DNA of 63,569 bases, counting the filler, from Reticulomyxa filosa (lineage: Eukaryota > Protista > Foraminifera): NCBI GenBank assembly GCA_000512085.1. It is 20 parts of 20 records of this genome, joined end to end, with 100 filler letters (N's around TTAATTAATTAA, not from the genome) between each part and the next. Parts side by side here need not be neighbours in the genome. Positions count along the whole stretch, not along the records: positions 1 to 8,307 come from ASPP01035387.1; positions 8,408 to 12,632 come from ASPP01045015.1; positions 12,733 to 14,940 come from ASPP01005812.1; 17 more parts are not named here. One strand, written 5' to 3'. The notes under the pieces were generated by a model. The model was not told the DNA's origin. It was given only the letters and a program-made list of their open reading frames with translations, and did no database searches. A program made the translations under genes and the position numbers. This document shows, in pieces, positions 1 to 12,788 of the stretch. Position 1 is the stretch's first letter. Each line of letters starts with the position of its first letter.

Positions 1-513
1 AAAAAAAAAAAAAAGGACGAAACGTGGTGATGTGGGATCAAGGTCTTGAATGCGTCTGTCTTTCAATTGCTCGCACCACATTAATAATGTCCAATAGTTC
101 CAAGCACTGAAAAGGTCACGGCTCTTTCGTGTGCGTTCGATCATAGGCCTAAGTGATACGACTTCACTCACACTGGAACAAGCAGACAAATCCGAGATCC
201 ATTCACTTTGAAACCCCTTCACTAAATTGTTTTGCACTTCGACCCAGTCATCACTAACATTTAATGGACGACGAGACACATAGCTGACTGCCGTTGGATC
301 TGCTATTTTCCTTGTGCATAATCGGCGTTGATATCTATATCTCTCCCAGTCGCCTGACAATTTCCCACTACATGCTCGCGGCCTGCGCCGTAATCCTTTG
401 TTGTCTGCTGGAATTATTAATACTTCTTCCAATGCATGGGGTGAAAATGACACTTGCTTCTTGTGTCCACTTTTTTTCTTTTTGTCTTGCGTTTTTATCA
501 GAATTGGCTTCAT
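1..513 (-). CDS. Hypothetical protein, N-terminal exon running off the window; possible PP1-docking motifs
   Basis: Hand translation gives a stop-free frame from ATG at 513: MKPILIKTQDKKKKSGHKKQVSFSPHALEEVLIIP...WNYWTLLMWCEQLKDRRIQDLDP. It is absent from the ORF track because it has no stop inside the window. Confidence 0.6.
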   Translation of the reverse strand, partial: MKPILIKTQDKKKKSGHKKQVSFSPHALEEVLIIPADNKGLRRRPRACSGKLSGDWERYRYQRRLCTRKIADPTAVSYVSRRPLNVSDDWVEVQNNLVKGFQSEWISDLSACSSVSEVVSLRPMIERTRKSRDLFSAWNYWTLLMWCEQLKDRRIQDLDPTSPRFVLFFFF

Positions 514-1022
514 TTTCTTTTTTTTATTTTTATTTTTATATTTTTGTCCTCACAGCTCATTCGTGCAATTAAAATTAAATAAGCTTTGCCATATTATTAC
601 TTTTTTTCCCTCCCCCCTTCTTGCCCCTTTGCTTCCTTTCTCAAAAATTTACAAACATGTTGTCGGATTATTTTTCCCTTTTCCCTTCCCATAACGATAC
701 AAGGCAAGTCTCTTTTAGGAAATTATGAACAGACCTGGCTAATTCTTGATTAATAGGAGTTAGATAACCTACACAATACAAAAAATAATAAAAGGGCACT
801 AGAATATTTGTCTCAAAGCCCCTTGTGAAAATCTTTCTGAAAAGAAATTGGAGGCTCTTTTGAAGACAAGGTGAGAAACTGGTGTCAATGAATTTTTATG
901 AAAATTTAAAAAATTATGTAACTCAATCCAAAGTTGTTATAAAAGAAAGTTTCGGCTTAGCGCGCGTAGCCTTGTTGTAACTTTTTTCTTTTGGGCATTC
1001 AAATATTGGTTCATTTTTAAAA

Positions 1023-1817
1023 ATGGACGAAGTAACTGTGAAAATAGTAGTGGTGGGCGACGCCTGTGTTGGCAAGACCTCCATTTTGATAAGCTACACA
1101 GAAAATAAATTCATGGAAAAATATACGCCAACTGTCTTCGAGAACCGGAGCACAATAATATCGTTCAAAAAATATGTTGTAAATTTAATATTGTGGGATA
1201 CTGCTGGCCAAGAAGGTATTGTTGTTTTGTTGTTTTTGCTCTTTGATCTTTCGAAAAGACTTTAGTTTGGAAGACAGAGGGATATTTGTAACTAAAAACT
1301 GCATTGCGACAGTCTCCTTATGTGCTTCTTCTCTCCTTGCCCTTTTTATTTATTTATTAAAAATATGTTTCGCAAAGACTATGACCGACTACGACCACTG
1401 AGCTATCCGGGAACAGATGTAATTTTACTGGTATTTTCGTTGAATGATGAAGACAGCTTGCGTAATATAACAGACAAATGGTACCCCGAGGTTATACATT
1501 ATTTGCCCGACGCCACCGTATTACTTGTCGGCAATAAATCGGATCTACGCACACAAGACAAGCACAAAGACAAAGCAGTCCGCTGGTTTGATGCCACGCA
1601 AGTAAGCAAAGAAATTAAGGCCATCAAATATGTGGAATGTAGTGCTAAAACACAAGAAAACTTGCAGTCTATTTTTGAGTTTGCAATAGATCATGTCATT
1701 AAACAAAAAACAACCAAATACAATGGTAGATTGAGCAAGCCAAACAAACACAATAATCAGTATTCTATTACTAATATTAATGAAAAATTTGTTGTAAAGA
1801 GATGTGAAATTTTGTAA
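1023..1817 (+). CDS. Rho/Rac-family small GTPase, join(1023..1215,1378..1817)
   Basis: GDACVGKT P-loop, YTPTVFEN switch I, WDTAGQE|[10 protein letters not shown] across a GT-AG intron, NKSD, ECSAK and C-terminal CAAX box CEIL. Confidence 0.96.
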
Positions 1818-2506
1818 AATCAAAATGTAAACAAAATATACAAATTCATTTTTTCATTGTTTGTCGTTTGGATGGCTCTGTTTTTATCACTTACTATTCA
1901 TCCTTTTTTTTTTTTTTATCCTTCCCGCCTCAAATTTTTGAATATATCTATAGAACTTATCTTGTTCGACCATATCTATTTGTGGTCAACACTGTTAGAA
2001 ATTTTGTTCTTATTTGCAGCAGAATATCATTTAATACGTTCTTTTAAATTTGTTCAAATCTTAACATTATGTAGGACTAATATAACGCCTTTCATAACAA
2101 AAAAAAAATGTTGAACATTTGTCACGCAAATTTTTGTTTTTATTGCAATGAGATTAAAATTTGCGAACAGTCTAATTTTCTTTTTTCCTCGAAAACAAAT
2201 GTTGCTTAAGTGCGCCTAGGTTTTCAAGGATAGTGATACAGATTGACCTCAAACATATATACTGTACATGCCTGAAACGTAGACTTTGCTACGTTCATCA
2301 TCTTACTTGAAATAAGTCTAAAATTCTACAACTTGTCAAACATTGAAAATACTTTAAGGCATAAAGAATGAAAGAGGAGCTGATAGAAGTTGTTTTTTGC
2401 TTTTGCAGTGGACTTTAAAGCGTCAAAGTGGTCCCCTTTCTCTCCCTAGAACAGGTTTTTAATATTAAATTTATGAGGTAATTTAACTGAACGAGCACAC
2501 AAAAGA

Positions 2507-4884
2507 ATGAGTTTTGAATCTTCAGTCAGTCCAGGCTTACTTAAAAACCAGGGTTGGGATCCATCCATATTTAAAAACGGAATATCGTCGGAATTTGTTT
2601 GTGCAATGTTAACAGACAACAAACAAAAAAAAATAAAATAACAAAATAACAAATGAAAGCCCCACACTCTGTAAAAATGAGAAGTGGTGACAAGAAGAAG
2701 AGGAGAAATGGGGCAACAATGCAAAAAAAAAAAAAAAAAAAAGCAACAAAAGTATTTGTATTAAAAAACAATATGTTGTTAACAGATGTAATGGAGTAAT
2801 TCGCGATGCAGTGGAATTGAGATGTTCTCACGGGCATTTGTATTGTCAAAAATGCATTGAAAATGAGTCGAAATGCCGTAGCGATTCAGCAAGCGGTAAG
2901 CAATATCAATGTGTGAGTTGCAAGGATGCTTCGAAGAGTTACAATAGCTTTTATCCAAATCTGTATTGCCGTAAAAAGATTGAAAAGCAAGCCATTGTGT
3001 GTCCTCTGAATAAGCCGTTGCAGTTTGAAAGAAAACATATCACACAAATGATATTAGTATTCATTTAAAACACAACTTATGTCCTTTTGTATATACATAC
3101 ATATTATAAATAAATGATATAGAGAAAATGACTGCAAATGTGAATGGGAAGGCACACTTTCGCAATTGGAGAAACATTTAAATGAAGAGTGTGGGCTAAA
3201 TTCTGCACGTTATTGCCAATGTTTATATCACACTTACGGCTGTTCTGTCAAATGTGAAAATTCCAATGCTTTGCATCAGCACTTGAATGATTCACATGTC
3301 TCTCATTTGTCATTGGTCACCAAAACAGTTGCGTTTCTCTTCCTTGGCAAACACATGCGCATCCAAAAAAAAAAAGTGTAAGGGAGGGAAACATGATTGA
3401 TAGAAGAGGAGGGAGGGGGCGGGGAAAAAACAACAAAATGAGGAGAACAAAGAAATTAGGTGAACAGGATATATGTACATTTATATATGTATATATTTAT
3501 TTGTTGGGCTTGTGGTGCAAAAGGTCTCTTCACTGCAAGATCAAATCTCAAACTTGACAAAGAGGTTGGAAAAATTGGAAGCGATAAATAAAGAAATTAT
3601 CGGTCTTAGCGACGAAGATGAAATGGAAGATGTGGAAGACGATGATGAAAACGAGGACGGAGATGAGGATGAGCAAGGCGAGAGCGCTAAAACGCAATCG
3701 TATGACTCCGAAAAGCCTCCTGCCAAAACCACTGCGGATGAAAAGAAATTAGATTTTGATACAATAAATTCTGGCTTGAATTTTAACCTTGTTAACTTAA
3801 TACTTTTTTTTTTTTTTTTTTTTTTTTTAATGGAAAAACTTGAACCGAACATGACGTAATGTAATGTTCTGTCGGGGGGTTTTGTGATTTTGTCAATAGA
3901 ACGGTACTGATGCCAACAATGAATCAGGGTTCGTTTTTGTTTGTCTTTTAAGAATAAACGTGCTGACAAATATACAATGTATTTGTTGTTTAAATTGGAA
4001 CAGATTTGCAGAATTTGCAAATTTGGGTGGGTTTGCCTCATTCGAATGGTCGAATATGGCCAATTTCGGCGAAAGCCAGGACAAAGACGCAGACGCCAGT
4101 GCAAAAGTGTGGGGCTCTGAAAAGGAACCATTCAATTGGAATGGGTTTTTGGAACAAGTTAATGATATAACGAACAAAAATCAACAGCCGGAAGGTAATT
4201 CAGACAAGGAATCGAATGAATCCGAAGTAGATGATGCCGAAAATGAAGATACATTAAAACCCATTATTGATTTGCCTTATGTAGAGGTTAACACTGGCCA
4301 TGAACATGAAGTTTGTCTCGCACAAGTGTTATGTGTCCATATACATATATGTATATTATGTATATGCACATATGATTTATAGTACCTTGCACATTTTTGG
4401 GATAGTATTACAATATACAACACATATACATATATCACAATGAAATGCTTTATAGACCTTTTTCCAAATTATTTGTCTGGGACAAAGATGTAGTGGGACG
4501 ACCATATTGGAAGTGCCGCTGTAGCCATAGTTCCATTGCGTTTTACGAAGACAGCAAGACCAAAAAAATTCGGCTTGTCGCCCGAGAAGATGGGACATTC
4601 AAATTACGCGTTAATCAGGCCATTAATTCCAAAGCCGTGCTAAAAAAAAAATCAGATGTAATATGGACTTGGTCTGCTTATGACGATTCGTTAGAGCATT
4701 TTTGCGTGTTCTTGGGAAAATTTATCGATGCAGTAGGTTCGTTTCATTTACACTTTTACTTTCATTTCTCTGTGCAACATATGAAAAATTTGATCCTTGT
4801 TCTCGAATAGATGCAAAAAATTTTGGCGAATTATATACTAAAAGCCGCGATGGACTAACTTCTCAAAACGTCAAACAGGGTTAA
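2507..4884 (+). CDS. Multi-exon RING/TRAF-type zinc finger, coiled-coil and Ran-binding domain (RanBP1-like) protein
   Basis: MSFESS...FVCA; RING-like C-SHGHLYCQKC...CVSC; TRAF-type CEWEGTLSQLEKHLNEEC and CLYHTYGC...LHQHL; coiled coil plus acidic tract; RanBD-like EVNTGHEHE...KLFVWD...W...KIRLVAREDGTFKLRVN...SDVIWTWSAYD...F...DAKNF. Exon boundaries are approximate. Confidence 0.8.
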
Positions 4885-5675
4885 CTTAACTTGGAGGAAA
4901 GAGATCTTGTTGTGTGCTGATAAGCACAAAACAACGAACGACGAGTTGCTGCAACAGACAGCAAAAGCGTTTTATTTTTGAGAAACGAATTTTTAAAAAG
5001 TTTTCGCATAATATGAGCCAGCCTGCTCCTGTCGATCTCAAATTTTTTGAAAGGCAATGCCCATATGCAGTTGATGGACTTTTTCCATTACTTTCATTTT
5101 TCATATTTGCGACTACCTTGCATGATTATATTTACATCTTCTTGGCACGCGTAAAACGTTGTTTTACGTGCTGTTTTGATTCAAAACAGGCTTTCAATTG
5201 CTTAATCACTTAAATGAACGTTATTTTATTTTTAAAAATAGAATACCGTGAATGTACAAAAACATTTAACAAAATCAAATTATTTCATAAACGTTAGTTT
5301 TTGTGATTTTGAAGCAGAGCGAAGGACAACACAATCATTTCCAAACGTAACAAATTCAATAATATAGCCTTTCGGCAGATCAAATGTGACTACATTTAAA
5401 ATGAATACCAGCACCAAAAAAAACACAAGTCAAATTTTTCAAATGAAAGGATGCTTACACAAACTCACTAAAAGACTTAAAATAATTTCTATGACGTACA
5501 AAATATATTCTCACGAGGAAAAAATAAAATGGCTACAGTCAATGCGTGACATTTCAACTCGAATGTTTATTTTATTGAAAATACAACAAAAGAATAAAAC
5601 GACAAACAACATAAAAAAAATCATCCATCCTAATTTTCATTTTTGTTTTTTTCCGAGTAGTTGATTAAACAAATG

Positions 5676-7645
5676 CTAGATTGTTGGATGCAATGCAATT
5701 TTGTGGAACATTTCTTTTGTTACAAAGGACGTTGTGGCATACGTTGACGTCCATGAACGATCGCCTAACAAGCTTTGTTGAACATTTGAAACGCGTTCAT
5801 TCAGTATTTGTTTTTGTGTTTCACTTAGTTTCCAAGGACAGTCACACTTACTTGCCAACAAGGACAATAGGCGGACCGTTCGTCGCAATACAAACTTTAT
5901 TTGAAACAAACAGTTTTTGTTTTATTGGATATCAGAGCAGTAAAAAAAAATAAATACAAATATGTACCATAGATGTACTATTCAGTAAGCCAATGATAAA
6001 AGCCAACGTTTGATGAGATCGAAGAATATCCTTGACCAATCCGACTTGTTTCTCTTGATCTAATGATATATGCAATGCCACTAATCCCAATCGAACAAAA
6101 CATTGGTCTTGATGAGTCAACACACGAGTAACAAGTTGTTCCATTAATGCTTTATGTTGCAAAACGAAAGCCCTCAATGTCGCATGCTTTTCCATTTCTT
6201 CGCATAAATGGCCAAGCATACTCACCGCCTGTTGCAAAAAGATAGTTTATGAAAGCGTAGAAAAGTGTTGTATTTTCTTTATTGCTATTCAGTTTTGCTA
6301 ATTTCAATTAAATACGAGGGCGAAGGAAGAAAAAAAAAAGATATCAATAAAAAATTTTGTAAATTTTTTTTGTCTCATAACTTCATGACTCTCGTCCTCA
6401 ATTAAACTGGCCAATAAGTTTAGACAGTCATTGTTCCACAAACACGTGTCTGAAGATATATCATCACAGATCAGTCCATGCAAACCAGGCAAGCCAATAA
6501 AAGCATCAAGTCATCAACAAGATTGCAATTGCGTAAATTAGTCATATTTATTTTTAATTTGTCTAAGCATTGCCGATAAAATGTCTACTTATATATTCCC
6601 CCCATTCAAAAGCAAGAAACTTATATCCGTACAATGTGTTATGTACATACATACGTAAATATTGTATACATATTGCAAAAATAAGTTACATAAATAAGTA
6701 AAAAGGATGTTTTATCATCACACTTTTCTTTTTAACTTGAAATACAAATCCGTCTCCACTTCGTCTTTGAAATTCAATGACAGTAGCACTACCATTGTCA
6801 GGACATTCATAAAAATGCACAGCAAACCCGACAGGCTTATGTTGGATCATGACGCACCCTTTGATTTGTGGAATGTGTTTGCCGGTAGCACTAGAGGCTT
6901 CACTGGACTGGAATTGCAGGTCCACATCATCGCTCACTTGAGCTAAACTTAATGGTACCAATTGCATACACTCCTTGATTCCATTGGACACAATGCAACA
7001 ACTTTCGCTCACTTTCAAGCTTTGGGATAATCCTTCCTCCTTTGTTTCGTCCTCTTCCCTCTTTTCTTCTCGTACTAAACCTGGCACGAACAGTTCGATC
7101 TCATTATCTAGTGGTTCCAGTGTCGCGCAGTCAACAAACACTTCGCAAGGTTTCATACCACACAAATCCATATCCTTGTTGCACACATCTATTGTCTCCG
7201 CTTCGGCTTTATCCATGTATCACATTCAAACAATTTTTTTTAACTTTTTTAAATAAATAAAAAAAAAAAACATGTTTCGCATTTTCGCACTACAATCAAA
7301 GAACCAAGTGCTTTTTTTTTTTTTTTTTTTACCTTTTTGATTTGAGGATCCTTTTGAGAACACTGGAAGTGGCATATCAAAAATCGTTTCGTGGTTTGTG
7401 TTGGATGCATGTTTTGGTTGCAAAAAAGACATTGGCTGTGTGCCATCAAATTCTATTTTCCCATATCCTCCTCTTGTATTTGCGCTCATTACTGCTGTTG
7501 AACGGTAAGGGCTGTCGCTCTCTAAACTAAGGTTTAGTTTGAGAGTTGTCTTACTTCCTGTACCAGAAGGTCCTGGTTCCAGACCTTTATGCTCTTCCTC
7601 ATTGACAAAGTTACTTTTTGGTTGTTTTGCAATATTCTTTTGCAT
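5676..7645 (-). CDS. Multi-exon hypothetical protein with a KA1-like segment followed by a helical (ARM-like) region
   Basis: Co-oriented ORFs at 7645, 7216, 6492, 6237 and 5909 separated by poly-A/T introns; VIEFQRRSGDGFVF resembles the KA1 fold signature. Confidence 0.55.
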
Positions 7646-7995
7646 TATATTTATCCGGTCAATTTAAAATTATAATAGACTTAAATCAAAGTTTTGATTG
7701 CAAAAAACGAAAGAATAGTTTCAAAATGTTGTGTTATTACAATTTTTTTTTTTTTTGTTCAGAGTTTGAAGATCCTTTTTTTCTGTAGGACAAGCACGTT
7801 CAAACAAATTCGAATTGTGCTTCTTTGCACATACAGTCAATTATCAATGAATTTTTTGCAAAAATGCATAAAATGAAATCAAAAAAACCAGAAAAGATAG
7901 TTAAACAGGAAAATTCAAGAAACACTGGCTTGGCTTGCTCACACAGCAGGAAATATAGTTATTTGCAAATAACTTTGATTGTTATTATTAATTTT

Positions 7996-8307
7996 TTAAT
8001 CACTGATTCTCTGAATAGTTAAATTGTTGGTCATTTGGTTTGCATAGAAACCCGTCAGATAAATTGAGAGCTGGTCATTTTCATTTAATCTCCGGACTAT
8101 GTTAATAGGATGAGAGGCATAATTGCCAGTGTACATATAACATTGGGCAATAACACTCCCATTGACTAGTACTTGGGAAACATTGCTACCACTAGCTTGT
8201 GTTATTGTTCCAAAAATATGGTAGAGTCCCTTCTTAAGTATCGTAATAGCGTTGTTGTTGCTACGGAACAAGCCAGCCGGAGGGGGCACAGTCTCAGTAC
8301 CCCAAAT
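7996..8307 (-). CDS. C-terminal C1q/TNF-like beta-sandwich domain, 5'-truncated
   Basis: ITILKKGLYHIFGTI...VLVNGSVIA...IVRRLNENDQLSIYL matches the C1q-like pattern GLY...NG...L..GD.L.V. Confidence 0.55.
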   Translation of the reverse strand: MWGTETVPPPAGLFRSNNNAITILKKGLYHIFGTITQASGSNVSQVLVNGSVIAQCYMYTGNYASHPINIVRRLNENDQLSIYLTGFYANQMTNNLTIQRISD

Positions 8308-8407
8308 NNNNNNNNNNNNNNNNNNNNNNNNNNNNNNNNNNNNNNNNNNNNTTAATTAATTAANNNNNNNNNNNNNNNNNNNNNNNNNNNNNNNNNNNNN
8401 NNNNNNN
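8308..8407. other. Artificial contig-joining spacer (first of 19)
   Basis: Identical 100-nt N44-TTAATTAATTAA-N44 blocks with stops in all six frames at 8308, 12633, 14941, 19826, 24350, 28980, 31585, 34398, 36177, 40805, 43196, 44917, 50538, 51995, 53860, 56107, 57487, 59288 and 60808. Confidence 0.98.
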
Positions 8408-8999
8408 GGGCAGACGGGCCATGTAAGGACTCCCATAGAAATTTATTCCAAACAGTTCCACGCCAGAGTCTTGCAAATATATGCAGTTTGTCAACAGTTC
8501 TTGCACTTGTTGTGCGTTATACTGCATTAAATTGGTTTCATGATTTCCAGAAACAAAAATTTTGTATCTGATCAAAAGACCAAAATATATTAATAAATGT
8601 GTATATTTATATTTATTTGTATGCGTATATACGTATATGTATGTGCATATACATCTTTTGAAATACACTCGTCTTGCAGAACTTATGAGGACGTGCACCC
8701 AACCATTCATTGAAGTCTTTGATCGTGTCGACATTTGGGTATTTCATAAAACGTGAATTCCCCTTTTTGTCACTAAAGTCACCTGAATGAATCAATATAT
8801 CTCCGTCCGGTATATTTTGCTCAAATCTTTGGTGCTTGAGATGGGTATCACTAATGTGCACAATACGAATGCGCTTAACGTCTTGGTCTGAGTCGCTGTC
8901 TTCTTTTGACTCTTCTTTGCTTGACTTATATCGACTTCTTGGCAGATGTAATTCCCCACAATAATTTCCCTTTTCTGTGATTATGTCAGAGTCTGACAT
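8408..8999 (-). CDS. Calcineurin-like metallophosphoesterase (MPPED1/2-like), 3'-truncated
   Basis: HISDTH, IHSGDFS, FNEWLG...HK|YKIFVSGNHE, YLQDSGV and FYGSPY motifs; one intron at about 8570-8682. Confidence 0.9.
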
Positions 9000-10408
9000 T
9001 TTTTGGTTGTCTTGTTGAATAAAAATTCCAAATTTACACAAATCCAGGAAAAAGGAACTTCAAAAATCAACTCTTGTTTATATTTGTGGTTTTTTGAAAA
9101 GTATGGGGTTCCTTGTGATAGAAAAAATGTATATTGTGAGGCAAATATCAAATATTTGATATTTAAACATCATCTTGGTTAGTCGCACCCTTAGCCAAAG
9201 TAACATGATTCAAATCCACCTAGAAAAACAATTTTAAAATATCCCTATGACCGCTTGTCGTAAAAGCAATAAGTTGCTTATCTTTTTTAATGTTTTTTTA
9301 AACAACTTGGAGAAGAAATTAATGAACCACAGCATGTGAAAGATGGGAAATAAATTACTTCTGGTGTAGAGAGATGCAAGATAGCTAAGCTAACGAAAAC
9401 GTACAAGAAATTTGAGGATAAAAAAGAATGTTTTATTTTATGAGTTGAGTTATTACAACTCTGGAGTCAGTTATGACTCATGTATCACTACATGGCATAA
9501 CGTGCCATGATAAGCAGTAACATATTTAACTGTTCCACGCATTTATTTTTAGTGATTTTGCAAGTACGTTTGTCGCCCGTTAGGGCCAGTAATTGATAAA
9601 TTTTACATTCTTGGAGCCCTTGGAACGCAATACTTTCAGTAATTTTGCGAGTCATCTCAATAATTTCACTATATGATTTACCAATATCTCTCGCTGTGGA
9701 TTTTGATGCAATCCTCGGTTGCACTGTACAGACTATCGTAAATTAATTTATCAATCAAATTAGCTAACAATCGATATCTTTGATACTAATACTTTAAAGG
9801 AATATGCTCTTTCTCTTTATTATTATCGTCTTCTTTTTCTTCGTTGACATTGGATGGTCTACTTTCTGCCTGGTCACTTACTTTGCTTTCTTTTACAAAG
9901 ATATTGTTCTTCTTATTAGCCCTAGTCTTGGTAGACTACGATGTTGGGTAAATCTGCGTATATAACGAGCTGTCATATAAATCAATCAGTGCTCGAACTG
10001 GATTTCGTTGCGTGATATTCGCGTTCTTATTGACGGCATGTGATTGCCAATACAAATAGCACAAGCGCTCATCCGACTAGTCATAGGAGTTTGAGTTTCT
10101 TACTGTATTCTTTTTATTGGAATGATTGATAAAACATGTGCTAGATCCTTCATAGTATCTGAATCTTTCGTGATGAAAGATTAAATTTTCTCTATAAAAA
10201 TACGTAGAAATCTCCGCAACATTTGTAAACTAAAAAGGTTAATTTTATTGAAAGTGTTTCCAATGTTTATCAAATGACACGGCAAAGTTTTAAAAACGAG
10301 AATGTGGTTTTTTTTTGCAGGTTACGTATGCATAACAAAAATTTTGATCCTTATGATCTGCGAAAAAACGCAAAAACAACATGCAAGAATCTTCAAAAAC
10401 ATCAAATA

Positions 10409-10800
10409 TTACAACGCCGACAACATTCGAGGCCATCGCATTTCTCCTCGACTTTTTTTTATCCATTTTTTGTTTTCATCTTTTGCTTCTGCTAAAGATA
10501 TACATACACCATAAAGCCTTTTGGCCATTTCAGCACTATTCTTAATCGTTCCATATCCTATTGTCCTGTCTTTCATAAGCTCGATAGCGGCATTAATTTC
10601 ATTGCCTTTTGACGAGCCATAGGAATCTTTGTTTGTTAAGTATAAAACCCTGGCCATTATCCTTCAGAGGTCTGGACACCTCCTGAGTACAACAAACACT
10701 TTTTTAAAAAAAGCCAAAAAAAAAAAAGTTAGCATACCTCCCACCACTCGTCATACTTTGCCAGTTCTTCGTTGCTGGGCAGCTTGTCATAGCCTGACAT
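10409..10800 (-). CDS. Small two-exon hypothetical protein (about 98 aa)
   Basis: MSGYDKLPSNEELAK can be spliced (GT...AAG) to IMARVLYLTNKD...SAL*; the splice site is inferred. Confidence 0.45.
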
Positions 10801-11308
10801 ATTTTAAGTTGGTTTTTTAAAGAAGCAAAACAAAAAAGTGAGGTCTTTTTTTTTTTAAAGAACAAGACGCAAAAGAAAACTCGTTTACGGCTTAACCTAA
10901 ACGAAACATAGCACGTGTAAACAAATTCAGTATTTTTTTTGATTAAACAGTTATTTGATGATGTTGACCTTCTACCAATGGATGTTTTTGTTGCAAGATG
11001 AAGGCATACTGTGCATTAACAGCCCTATATTATTGATTATCTTTGGTCTCAAAAAAGGAGTTGGTAAACTAACACAAATGCTTCAGTTGGAAAATATATA
11101 CTATCGTATAATAAATACCTCCTTTGAGTATAGTATAACTAGGAATGTTATCCCGAGTTTAAAAATGGACTTATTCTTGAAGGAACGAGAGTAGAAGCCA
11201 AAAATGGTACTCCAAAGGGGCAATATTACAAAACAAAAAAATTAAGTTTATTTCACTTAAATTAAATAATCCCCAAATCAACCCAAAAGTAACGACAAAA
11301 CGTTTTCA

Positions 11309-11884
11309 TCAACTCTCAAAACTAAAAGTGTTGTAAAAGTTCATCACTGAATCGGTTGCGTTTTTCAGGCCAGTGAAGAGCGTAACTTGCCAATAGTGAA
11401 GTTGGTCGTTCAAGGTTGGGCCAAAACTTGGTTGGATGCTTTCGTGCTTTTCCCAAGAAGAGGATACTATAACAATCTGTATCACAGATTTGTTGTAGTC
11501 ATACATTGTTATCACGCATCAATCACAAACAAAATGGATTTCTACAATTCCTTAAATCTACAAAAAATATTTCCTATTTCCCCATATAACATTAACGGCT
11601 GCGATCGCTACAATTGCCAGCGAAACGAGCAACAGGAGTTTTATAAACCTTCCACAAGCATGGTGCTCCTTTGACTGCCCCGAATTCACCGGATTTCCTC
11701 TTTTATCATTGTTGTGCAAAAATTGTTCTTCCTTGCCATCACGAACCGCAGTTTGTTCGTGAGATTTCCTCAAACACGCCGGAAGAAGTCTTTCGCAAGA
11801 AACGCAAAGTGGCTTGTCCAGCAGGTTTTTTACGACTGATCGGTGATTGTAACGACATTGATTTGCAGTATGAATTCGTTGCAA
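11309..11884 (-). pseudogene. Frameshifted hypothetical single-pass membrane protein
   Basis: Overlapping minus-strand frames; hydrophobic segment FIKLLLLVSLAIVAIAAVNVIW. Confidence 0.3.
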
Positions 11885-12120
11885 AAGAAAGATTTTCGTA
11901 TTGAAAGTCTACAAAATGCTCAAGAGTTCTCCTCTTCCAAAAAAACACCCTTACTGCAACTAAAAAAAATCACACAAGATTTGTGCCTGAGATGTGGAAT
12001 TACTTGCATATTTCTTGTTTTTCGATCTAACTTAGCAGATACTTAAAGACATAGTATAACGAAACAAATTAGCATTGTTGAGGAGGGAAGGAGGAAAAAA
12101 TTGAACTTAAAGAGGAGCAA

Positions 12121-12595
12121 ACCGAAAAAATTAATTGCATTTGCAGTTGTCTTTTTGGCTATTTCCTCAAAAGAGTACTTGTGTTTGTAACATTCAGCAA
12201 GCTTTTCAAAAATCAAAGGTAAAACAACGGGCTCGTTTTCTTTTCCGTCTAATAATTTCCATTTTGGACCCTTTTATCTCCAATATGCATATATGGCGCA
12301 TCAGACTCAACCATTAACTTTTCCAAAGGAATAAGTGGGATAACCTCCCTCAAAGCTTGTCCGGGCTTGCTTTTACAAATATAGCCGGAAACACTAATGA
12401 AATAGCCCAATTCCAAATATTTCAACAACTGTGTTTTGGTTTGTGCAAGATCATCATTTGTTCCGGTGAAGCAGTGAACAATGACATTGTTCCCATTTTT
12501 ATTTTTGTTCTTTTTCATTAAAATATCAATCAAGTCTTGATGGGCTAATCTCTCATGAACATAAAGAGGTAAATTGTATTCGTTGGCCAACTCGA

Positions 12596-12597
<2 letters not shown>
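12121..12597 (-). CDS. TatD-family DNase, C-terminal half, with one 1-nt frameshift near 12256
   Basis: LPLYVHER.AH, VIVHCFTG and IPLEKLMVESDAPYM; then in a shifted frame ENEPVVLPLIFEKLAEC...EEIAKKTTANAINFFG. Confidence 0.88.
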
Positions 12598-12632
<35 letters not shown>

Positions 12633-12788
12633 NNNNNNNNNNNNNNNNNNNNNNNNNNNNNNNNNNNNNNNNNNNNTTAATTAATTAANNNNNNNNNNNN
12701 NNNNNNNNNNNNNNNNNNNNNNNNNNNNNNNNTTTTACTGAAGCTTCTTACAATACATAGCCAATTGCAATTTAAAAAAAAAAAAAAA

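Noticed and set aside
3541-4131. Long antisense ORFs (3541-4131 -, 13518-14009 -, 29024-29551 -, 53065-53388 - and similar)
   Set aside because: They are shadows or alternate frames of real low-complexity coding exons.
10655-10685. Possible selenocysteine codon (RCPDL-TGA-RIM) in the small minus-strand gene
   Set aside because: An alternative AAG acceptor just downstream removes the TGA and gives a natural reading (LAKIMARV). The spacing is not CxxU, and I saw no SECIS.
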